From: Candidatus Bathyarchaeia archaeon
Lineage (GTDB): Archaea > Thermoproteota > Bathyarchaeia > 40CM-2-53-6 > DTGE01
Length of the DNA stretch: 34,730 nt
NCBI GenBank assembly: GCA_038825355.1
Contig: JAWBPF010000002.1
Span: forward strand, 1 to 34,730
Reading direction: 5' to 3'
Part shown: positions 9,876 through 17,345 of the stretch, piece after piece
Layout: the number at the start of each line of letters is the position of its first letter
Numbering within the stretch: position 1 is the stretch's first letter
Translations under genes and position numbers: made by a program
The notes under the pieces: model-generated
Seen by the model: only the letters and a program-made list of their open reading frames with translations
What the model was told of the DNA's origin: nothing
The model's database searches: none

Positions 9876-11358
9876 GGTCTCCTCCTCTAAGGATTGCCTC
9901 CTCCTCATATATTCTGTGATGTTCCTCAACTCCTTCTTCTAGGAGTTCTCTCATGCTGTCAGCCACCTTCTGGGCCATTGGCGTAGGATATCTTCCGGTT
10001 ATACAGGCTGTGCATAGTTCTTCCCTGGGCAGACCTGTGGCCCTTATATATGACTCTATAGACTGATAGTTTACGGAGTCGGCTTGGAGGATCTCCGCTA
10101 TTTCCTCAGGGTCATGGGATGCCCCTATCAACTCCCTATATGTAGCCATGTCTATACCGTAGAAGCAGGGAGCTATGATTCTCGGAAAAGTTACGAGTAC
10201 ATGGACTTCTCCAGCTCCCGAACCTTTCAGCCGTCTTATTACCTCTTTCATGGTGTCGCCACGCACTATACTGTCATCTATGAGGGCTACTTTTTTCCCA
10301 GATAATCTCCGGCCTAGGATGCTTACCTTCTTATTTAGTATTGTACGCCTCTCCTCGGAGAGCATTATGAATGCCCTCTCGGTTACATAGCGGTGTCTAC
10401 GAATGGCCCTCTCCCAGCGTAGCCCGGAGGCTTCATGCATCCCTAATGCAGCGTCATCAGCCGTCTCGGGCATAGATACTATCAGATCGCATCTATTCAA
10501 GATCTCGGGATATTCCTCTGCGAGGCCTCTACCCAGGGCTTCCCGGACCTCATATACGTATCTACCTCCTAGGAGGCTATCAGGCCTGGCGAAGTATGCG
10601 AACTCGAAAGCGCACAGACGACTCCCTCCGTTGCAGAGGCTCATCCTCGTGAAGCTTCGACCTTCAGCCTCAACGAGCTCTCCCGGGTTCACCTCAAACT
10701 CAAGGTTTAAGCCGTTTATCTCTAGTCCAATGGATTCGCTGGAAAACGCTTCAACGACGCTCTCAGGGGAGGCCCCGGCGCATAAAGGTCTTATTCCATG
10801 GGGATCCTTGAAGGCTGCAAGCCCACCTCCCGGGAGCATTACCACAACTGAATAAGCGCCCTCTACGTCCGCCATGCAAGCCTTTACTGCTTCAGGTAGG
10901 TCTCTATGCTCCTGGAGTTCCATGAGCAGCTTCCAGCATAGGGCTGCTGAATCACATGAACATCTTATACCTGTCCTGGTTTGGACATCCCCCTCCAGCC
11001 TTAATGCGTTCACCAGATTTCCGTTATATGATAGGACAGCCCAGCTTCCCGGGGAAGCCTCAGCTATCACAGGTTGAATATCCCTTAGGAGGCTAGATTT
11101 ATCCAAGCCTCCAGACGTACTGTAGCGGACGTTACCTATCCCTACATGGCCCGGGAGCTCAGCCGTCCATTCCTCCATCCCCTTCACATCTATTCTAGGA
11201 ATGATCCCAAGCCCCCTCCGGGTATGGAGGCCTCCATCATAAGTTGCGAATCCATGAGATTGATGACCCCTATGGTTAAGGGATTTCAAACCCCAATATA
11301 GATGCTGGAGTATGGCTTTGCCTTCACGGTCTAGGACGCCGTATACTCCACACGCCAT
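9868..11358 (-). CDS. purF: Amidophosphoribosyltransferase
   Basis: MACGVYGV places the Ntn Cys directly after Met. The PRTase motif is KKVALIDDSIVRGDT. ATG 11358 is preferred over the track's GTG 11385 because GGAGGT lies 9 nt upstream of it. Confidence 0.92.
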   Translation of the reverse strand: MACGVYGVLDREGKAILQHLYWGLKSLNHRGHQSHGFATYDGGLHTRRGLGIIPRIDVKGMEEWTAELPGHVGIGNVRYSTSGGLDKSSLLRDIQPVIAEASPGSWAVLSYNGNLVNALRLEGDVQTRTGIRCSCDSAALCWKLLMELQEHRDLPEAVKACMADVEGAYSVVVMLPGGGLAAFKDPHGIRPLCAGASPESVVEAFSSESIGLEINGLNLEFEVNPGELVEAEGRSFTRMSLCNGGSRLCAFEFAYFARPDSLLGGRYVYEVREALGRGLAEEYPEILNRCDLIVSMPETADDAALGMHEASGLRWERAIRRHRYVTERAFIMLSEERRTILNKKVSILGRRLSGKKVALIDDSIVRGDTMKEVIRRLKGSGAGEVHVLVTFPRIIAPCFYGIDMATYRELIGASHDPEEIAEILQADSVNYQSIESYIRATGLPREELCTACITGRYPTPMAQKVADSMRELLEEGVEEHHRIYEEEAILRGGDHG

Positions 11359-11367
11359 CTTGAGGTG

Positions 11368-11373
11368 ACCTCC
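11368..11373 (-). promoter_or_regulatory. Shine-Dalgarno-like site (GGAGGT) for purF
   Basis: The reverse strand reads AAGGAGGTCACCTCAAGATG, with GGAGGT 9 nt upstream of ATG 11358. Confidence 0.55.
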
Positions 11374-11802
11374 TTGATAGGCCACGTTCCATCATATGGT
11401 TCCCTAACCCCTACTGGTTAAAGGTTCCTTTTTAAACTAATCCGCCCATAAGAATAAACTCGGAGCATTTAAGGGGTACACCATAGACAAGCCTCAAGCC
11501 ATAATATAGGAAATATCCTACCTCGTGATGGGATGAAATATGTGGTAAGACCGATTTCAGAGCGGTTAATTCTAGGCTTTGAGCCTCATTAGTCTAGACT
11601 AATCTCCAAATAGTTGACATCTTACTACCTACGACCTAATAGGGAACCCATACTCGCACCCAGACTCCACATATACATATAAGGTGCAGGAATACATGAA
11701 TCTTACGAAGTCCTGTCTCCAGTTGAGTTCAACGTCTTCTGAAAGGAACTAATTTAATAAGGGAGCTATACATCATTATTAGAAATAGCCCGGGAACCAT
11801 GA

Positions 11803-11965
11803 AGCCCGGTGGAGTCGATCCCAAATCGCGGGGTCTACACCGAGTGTAGCGGACAAGCAAGGGCACCCTAAAATAGAAGCCAAATAAGGATGTAGAAAAG
11901 GGAGGTCCCTTGAGTTGCGGGCTTTGGACCCGTAGACGGGAGTTCGAATCTCCCCCGGGCTACCA
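11803..11965 (+). tRNA. tRNA-Gln(UUG) with two putative non-canonical introns and encoded CCA
   Basis: The 3' part is unambiguous: anticodon arm GCGGG-CUUUGGA-CCCGU (UUG at 11924-11926), T arm GGGAG-UUCGAAU-CUCCC, acceptor CCGGGCU, discriminator A, CCA. The 5' acceptor AGCCCGG is at 11803-11809 and is followed by UG. Joining exon 2 GUGUAGCGGACAAGCA (11844-11859) to UU at 11915-11916 gives a D arm GUGU/GCAU. This implies introns of about 32 nt (11812-11843) and about 55 nt (11860-11914), with junctions good to about 2 nt. Confidence 0.65.
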
Positions 11966-12143
11966 ACCCCATAGGGATCAATGAGTTTTTGCATATTGAA
12001 CCTGTCTTTGAACTATTCTTTTATACAGCCTCTAAAGCAGCCGGATAGCCTCAAATGAATCCTATTTTAAGCCAAGCTGAACTTCACTTCTATTCAAATC
12101 TAACAATTTGATATCAGGCTTGGTTAAGTTGAATTTGGAGGAT

Positions 12144-12170
12144 AGTCTGTTAGATGAAATCTAACAGACT
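12144..12170. repeat. Perfect 12-bp inverted repeat with 3-nt spacer (AGTCTGTTAGAT gaa ATCTAACAGACT)
   Basis: Read directly from the sequence. It lies in the AT-rich spacer between tRNA-Gln and the radical SAM gene. Confidence 0.9.
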
Positions 12171-12445
12171 TTAAATGCGAAAAACTTACTATAAATGGAA
12201 AACAAGCTACTAAAATGGTTAAAGATAGTTATTATTCTCAGATTTACTATTCCATAATTAAATTGTCGAGACTGATGGGTTGGGTAGCTCCTACAGGAGT
12301 TTTCAGTCTTTTATATTGTAGGAATTTGATTTTGTGAAGAAAACTTTTATAGAAAAACCGGCTTGTCCTTATAAACCTTAAGAAGGGATAAACCGTCACA
12401 CTTACATAAATAATTTCGATTTAAAACTCATTATGGTTAGGAGAG

Positions 12446-13468
12446 ATGAAGGATAAACTATACGTCTCGGAGCCCATATCAGGAGGGTTGATCCTCTCAT
12501 ATAAATGTACAAGCAAGTGCAGGCATTGCATGTATGCCTGTTCTCCGGATTGGAATCCTGACTGGATCCCTAGAAGAGACATGGAGGAAATTCTAACCCA
12601 ATTGGCTGGAAGAATAAAGGAAAGTCCCTACGGCTCAAGTAAAATTAGCTTAAACTATGGTCTGCATTTTACAGGTGGGGAGCCTTTCCTCAATTTCAAA
12701 TTAATTCTCGAAGCTGTTAATATGGCGAACGAGTTTGGAATCCCTTCAACCTTCCTGGAAACAAATTGTTTCTGGTGCGTTGACGATAAGGTAACGAGGG
12801 AGAGGCTTCAAGAATTACGTGATACGGGGTTGAATGGTATATTGTTAAGCGTGAATCCATTCATCCTGGAACAGGTGCCGTTTGAACGGGTTGAAAGGGC
12901 CTTTAGGATAAGTAGAGAAGTCTTCGGTGGAAACATAATAGTCTATCAGAGCTTCTTCTTTAGTCAATTTGAAAGTCTTGGCATCAGGGACGTCTTGAAT
13001 CTGGAGGAATATCTACTGAGATCGCCCTTCGGCCTTCGCTTCGCGGAGCTTCTTCCGATGGGTAGAGCCGTCTATAAGCTAGGCTACTTATACGAGAAGA
13101 CTCCTGCGAAATATTTCTTCAAGGAATCATGTAGAGAAGAGTTAACGAGGGGATGGCATGTTCACTTCGACAACTACTGCAATTATATACCTGGCTATTG
13201 CGGAGGCATCTCTCTGGGAGATGCGAGGGAGATCGACTCGCTACGTCAAGGCATAGAGTTGAGCGACAAGCCCATACTCGAAGCCTTATCTAAGGGGTTG
13301 GGGGAGCTCTATGAGTTCGGCTTAAAAGAATTCAACTATGAAGAATTAAGCGAAGGATACGTTTCGAAATGTCATCTGTGCCTTGACATAAGAAAGCATA
13401 TCGCGCAGCAGACAGGAGAACTCAAGGAGCTTGAGCCAAGGGAATTTTATTTTCGCCTAGACGACTAA
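12446..13468 (+). CDS. Radical SAM domain protein with a Cys-containing C-terminal region
   Basis: 340 aa with CTSKCRHC (the CxxxCxxC cluster motif) near the N-terminus and FTGGEPFLN. Further Cys pairs occur at CNYIPGYCGG and CHLCLD. AGGAGAG lies upstream of the ATG. Confidence 0.8.
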   Translation: MKDKLYVSEPISGGLILSYKCTSKCRHCMYACSPDWNPDWIPRRDMEEILTQLAGRIKESPYGSSKISLNYGLHFTGGEPFLNFKLILEAVNMANEFGIPSTFLETNCFWCVDDKVTRERLQELRDTGLNGILLSVNPFILEQVPFERVERAFRISREVFGGNIIVYQSFFFSQFESLGIRDVLNLEEYLLRSPFGLRFAELLPMGRAVYKLGYLYEKTPAKYFFKESCREELTRGWHVHFDNYCNYIPGYCGGISLGDAREIDSLRQGIELSDKPILEALSKGLGELYEFGLKEFNYEELSEGYVSKCHLCLDIRKHIAQQTGELKELEPREFYFRLDD

Positions 13469-13784
13469 GCGTAACATAGCCTTAAGGTCGTCAAGCCCTA
13501 GATTATGGTTAAGCCTGGCGCTTACACCTCTCCGAATTGGAAGTGAAAAGCCTAATTTTGGACACATTTCTATCTAGCTTTTAACATTTTATATTATCGC
13601 TGTATTGAAGATCCGTTTACTGACTGGACAGCAAGCTCTGATACTGTCTAAAGCCTCCATAGCTAAAGAAGGCTTTTGCCTCCCAGATATAATTCTATGA
13701 GGTTTCTGCTAATGAAGCTTATATAAGGTTATCCGGCCATATGAGTGAATGTTTAAAGTGATGCTAAGGAGATGTTTCACCTCT

Positions 13785-14627
13785 ATGGAGCCTGTCTTCT
13801 ATGTGAATGGGAGGTTTCTTCCACAAAGTCGCGCGTCTTTAAGCGTTTTGGATATAGGTATCCTTAGGGGTTTCGGGGTCTTCGATTTCACAATAACTTA
13901 TAACCGTGAACCATTTAGGCTGAGGGATCATCTGGAGAGGCTTAAGAACTCCGCAGGGATTATAGGGCTTGACCTCCCATGGAGCCTGGAAGAGTTAAAG
14001 AGTCTAGTCTATGAGGCTCTCGATAGAAACCCTGAGGGGGAGCAGGGCATAAGGATCGTCGTCACGGGTGGTGAGAGTCCTGATTCCCTCAGCTTAGCCG
14101 AGCAGCCTAGCCTGGTTATCATCGTTAAACCTTTGAAGGCTTATCCTAGGGAGTTCTTCACTAGAGGCATAAGGGTTATAACTTTCCAGGCTAGGAGGGA
14201 GATCCCTGAGGCTAAGACGTTAAATTATATTCACGCTATTAGGGCTTTAAGGCAAGCCAAGGGGGTGGGGGCTGAAGAGGCCGTCTATACATGGAACGAG
14301 CTCCTCTATGAATGTACGGCGTGTAGCTTCTTCGCCGTCAAAGATGGAAAAATCATCACAGCTGGGAAAGATGTCCTAGACGGGATAACGAGGAGAACCG
14401 TCCTTGAGATCATCCGAGATAGAGTATCCGTCGAATACAGGTTCGTAGAGGTCTCAGAGCTACCCTCTTTGGAGGAGGCCTTCCTAACATCCTCCAGCCA
14501 CGAGGTTATGCCCATCACCGTCATAGATGATCTTAAGATAGGGGATGGTAATCCCGGTCAGGTGACAAGGATGGTTATGAGGCTCTTCGGGGAATACACG
14601 GGCAAAGAGCTTCCCCATGAATCCTAG
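13785..14627 (+). CDS. Class IV (fold type IV) aminotransferase, branched-chain or D-amino-acid type
   Basis: MEPVFYVNGRFLPQSRASLSVLDIGILRGFGVFD is a typical BCAT/DAAT N-terminus. ATG 13785 with GGAG 9 nt upstream is preferred over the track start at 13749. Confidence 0.8.
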   Translation: MEPVFYVNGRFLPQSRASLSVLDIGILRGFGVFDFTITYNREPFRLRDHLERLKNSAGIIGLDLPWSLEELKSLVYEALDRNPEGEQGIRIVVTGGESPDSLSLAEQPSLVIIVKPLKAYPREFFTRGIRVITFQARREIPEAKTLNYIHAIRALRQAKGVGAEEAVYTWNELLYECTACSFFAVKDGKIITAGKDVLDGITRRTVLEIIRDRVSVEYRFVEVSELPSLEEAFLTSSSHEVMPITVIDDLKIGDGNPGQVTRMVMRLFGEYTGKELPHES

Positions 14628-14646
14628 ATCTTGAGGGGAGAACGCT

Positions 14647-15660
14647 ATGAGGGATCCCATCTACGTAGGGTTGTATGGAGTGGGGGAGATATCGAGCCTA
14701 ATAGCAAGGGAGCTCCTCAAGAGAAGGGGCATACAAATAGTCTCAGCGGTAGACTTGGCTGAAGACAAGGTTGGGAGAGACCTAGGCGAAATATTGGGGT
14801 TGCGGCATAGGCTGAGCTTAAGGATCGCCCGAGACCTAAAGGAAAGCCTACGGGAAGTTAGACCAGACATAATTGTCCACGCTACATCTTCAAGCCTCAG
14901 AGAGGTATACCCTCAGATAAAGGAATGCCTAGAGATGGGTGTTAGCGTCATCTCTACATGTGAGGAGCTAGTCTACCCATACTGGGGCAACAGGGCTTTC
15001 GCCGATGACTTAGACGGACTAGCGAAGAGGCATCAAGCCTCAGTTTTAGGCACAGGCATAAATCCAGGCTTCCTAATGGATACGCTCCCAATAGTCATGA
15101 CGTTTGCATGCCTAGAAGTGGATAGGATAAACGTTACGAGAGCTATGGACTCCGGTAAACGTAGGGGTAGCTACCAGAGGAAGATCGGCACAGGCCTCAC
15201 GCTTGAGGAGTTCAGAGATAAGGTAGAAAAACGAGAAATTACCGGGCACGTGGGCTTAAGCATCTCCATCGCTATGATAGCGGACGCGATAGGATGGGAT
15301 CTAACCGACATCGTAGAGGAGTCCCCTGAACCGGTTTTAGCCGATGAAACTATTAGGACTAGCTACACAGTGGTTAAGAGAGGTTCGGTCGCAGGCTTAA
15401 AGAGCGTTGCATACGGATTAAGAGGCGGGGAGGAGAAGATAAGGCTTAACTTCATATCTCATGCCGGGGTAAAGGAGGAGTACGACCAAATAGGCATAAA
15501 GGGTAAACCCAACATAGAGATGAGGATAGAGGGGGGAATCCACGGAGACATAGGAACCGCTTCGGTGATAATAAACTCTATCCCCAAGGTCATAGATTCA
15601 ACGCCAGGCCTCCATACCATGAGGGATCTACCTCTACCATCAGCCACCCTAAAAATATGA
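14647..15660 (+). CDS. DapB-N-domain NAD(P)-dependent oxidoreductase, amine dehydrogenase / 2,4-diaminopentanoate dehydrogenase-like
   Basis: 337 aa with an N-terminal Rossmann segment VGLYGVGEISSLIAREL. Size and layout resemble the dihydrodipicolinate-reductase-like amine dehydrogenase family. The family assignment is from memory only. Confidence 0.5.
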   Translation: MRDPIYVGLYGVGEISSLIARELLKRRGIQIVSAVDLAEDKVGRDLGEILGLRHRLSLRIARDLKESLREVRPDIIVHATSSSLREVYPQIKECLEMGVSVISTCEELVYPYWGNRAFADDLDGLAKRHQASVLGTGINPGFLMDTLPIVMTFACLEVDRINVTRAMDSGKRRGSYQRKIGTGLTLEEFRDKVEKREITGHVGLSISIAMIADAIGWDLTDIVEESPEPVLADETIRTSYTVVKRGSVAGLKSVAYGLRGGEEKIRLNFISHAGVKEEYDQIGIKGKPNIEMRIEGGIHGDIGTASVIINSIPKVIDSTPGLHTMRDLPLPSATLKI

Positions 15661-15882
15661 ATAGAACAACCTCCAGCGAAAGCCTCTAACAGGAATGTTT
15701 ACCGACCAACCGAGTTTAACACAGTAGAATGTGTTGGAAGGTGAAGTTACTGGCTCATATCAGCCGCCTACGAGCCAATCCACTTCCGCGATCAATATAG
15801 CCTATCATCTTCACAGGCAATTTGCAGTTTTCCACACTCTAATCGATACAGCGGTACTTGGATTGGCTCTTGGCGATCTCAA

Positions 15883-16050
15883 CTACAAAGCGTCGTAGAA
15901 CATCCACCGTTCTTTCTGAATCCTCTTAAGATAGGAAAAATCCATGTATTGAGAAATTCTCGCCTGAATCAGTTTCTTCAGCGCCAAATCTCTAAATATA
16001 ATGGTCAAATCTACGGCACATTTTATGGATGAGATCTCCAATAGGATCAT
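15883..16050 (-). CDS. Hypothetical 55-aa ORF, below the ORF-track cutoff
   Basis: Reverse-strand ATG at 16050 opens MILLEISSIKCAVDLTIIFRDLALKKLIQARISQYMDFSYLKRIQKERWMFYDAL. An AT-rich TATA-like stretch lies just upstream. It is divergent from the 16109 gene. I recognise no family. Confidence 0.2.
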   Translation of the reverse strand: MILLEISSIKCAVDLTIIFRDLALKKLIQARISQYMDFSYLKRIQKERWMFYDAL

Positions 16051-16108
16051 CCAATATATCAGAAAATATAATATATAGATGCCTACTTATTTTTGTACGT
16101 GATGTTGA

Positions 16109-16366
16109 ATGGAGGAAGCTGGAAGAGAGGTGGGAAGGGTAACTCACTACTATTCGAAGATAGGTGTAGCTGTAATCGAATTAAAAGCATCCTTAGCCAA
16201 GGGAGATAGGATCCTCATAAAGGGTAGCACCACCGATCTAGAACAGACCGTTGAATCGATGCAGATAGAGCATAAAGACATAGAAAAGGCAGAAGCTGGA
16301 CAAGCCATCGGATTAAAGGTGAAAGACAGGGTAAGAGAAGGAGACGCCGTCTACAAGATATCCTAA
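16109..16366 (+). CDS. Small beta-barrel protein resembling translation-factor domain II
   Basis: 85 aa. VGRVTHYYSKIGVAVIELKASLAKGDRILIKG...AGQAIGLKVKDRVREGDAVY resembles an EF-Tu domain-2-like fold. Confidence 0.45.
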   Translation: MEEAGREVGRVTHYYSKIGVAVIELKASLAKGDRILIKGSTTDLEQTVESMQIEHKDIEKAEAGQAIGLKVKDRVREGDAVYKIS

Positions 16367-16660
16367 AAGGGATTACCTGCGGCCCAACTTCATTCTTTAT
16401 CCATTCTATTTTAATCTACCCCGGTTAACTTACCATAGAGTAGGATCATCTAGATTCAACTCCATCCCGGGAATATTATCGCTCACCCCTCTTTTATATC
16501 AGTTTTACAAACAGGTAATCATGCTCAAGAATAGCCAAGGTTCGAAATCTCAGCCGCTTTACGCCTTCCAAGATGGGCTATAATCTCTTCTCCATTCATC
16601 TTTGTAATAGTGCGGGTCTGATATTCTCCTCTAACTAGCAAAGAAAGTCAAGAAATGAGG

Positions 16661-16774
16661 TGGGCCGGGCCGGATTTGAACCGGCGACCTTTCGGTTTCT
16701 TCATTCAGGGGGATTTATCAGCCGAACGCTCCTCGGCGCCTCATCCAGGCTCAACCAAGCTGAGCTACCGGCCC
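16661..16774 (-). tRNA. tRNA-Ile(GAU) with two introns (D-arm region and canonical 37/38)
   Basis: The reverse strand reads GGGCCGG-UA-GCUC-AGCUUGGUU...GAGC-G-UUCGG-CUGAUA[19 nt]A-CCGAA-AGGUC-GCCGG-UUCAAAU-CCGGC-CCGGCCC-A. The anticodon GAU is at 16717-16719. Thirty nt lie between the D-stem strands, implying a 19-21 nt insertion. Total length is 114 nt. Confidence 0.8.
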
Positions 16775-17345
16775 TCCTTAATAGACTTCATTCCAATAGA
16801 AACTATTTAATCTTTCTTGTCAGACCCAATCTCATGTAAACCAAGGATTTATCTCAGATTGGGATATAGCCTCTCCTTAGAAGCAGATGCGTTTGGTCCG
16901 GGCTTCTTTTCGAGTCCTCCTCCATTCATATAGGAGATGCCTCGAGGATTACTGGGATCCATTTGAACTGTATTACTAAGAGTTTGGTCTCCATGGTAGA
17001 CGATGAATCGGGACTGGCTGTCAAGCCAGGCTATGTTAAGGTTGATGGATCTAAACCTGCAGGGGCTATGGAGGCTAGAATATTGGAGTCGGCCTCTTTC
17101 TAGGAGGCCGAAAAATTAAGGCTATCCGCATGGAGCTGCCCTACTGTATAATATGCTGGGAAAGGCATAGTCTTCGATGCCATACTTATATGCTTCGGCA
17201 CAACTTATAATGGAGGTGGGCGGGGGAGGCAAGCTTCCGAAGATTAGTGTAGAAGATGCTTTAAAGTTAACTAGGGGAATAGTAGTTGACAACTCAAAGG
17301 TTCAAGGACATCCTACCCCTATTATTATTTATCTTCCTCGAGGTT

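Noticed and set aside
5537-11077. Plus-strand ORFs opposite the purF-purD-HAD-Ftr-PfkB operon, including the 210-aa ORF at 7415-8047 and the 150-aa ORF at 10403-10855.
   Set aside because: The minus-strand frames carry PfkB, Ftr, HAD, PurD and PurF signatures. The plus-strand translations are Ser-rich with no motifs, so their length reflects codon bias rather than coding.
11787-11809. Duplicated AGCCCGG read as an attachment-site scar of an element integrated at tRNA-Gln.
   Set aside because: The repeat is only 7-9 nt, lies on the 5' side of the tRNA, and has no matching copy of the tRNA 3' end at the far side of the AT-rich segment. No integrase gene is present.
11779-11994. 71-aa minus-strand ORF.
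   Set aside because: It lies exactly over the tRNA-Gln gene, and the open frame is a by-product of the GC-rich structured RNA sequence.
15772-15869. 11-bp inverted repeat GAGCCAATCCA / TGGATTGGCTC separated by 76 nt in the spacer after the amine-dehydrogenase-like gene.
   Set aside because: It is real in the sequence, but it is isolated, has a large loop and has no associated ORF or motif. There is not enough to assign a function.
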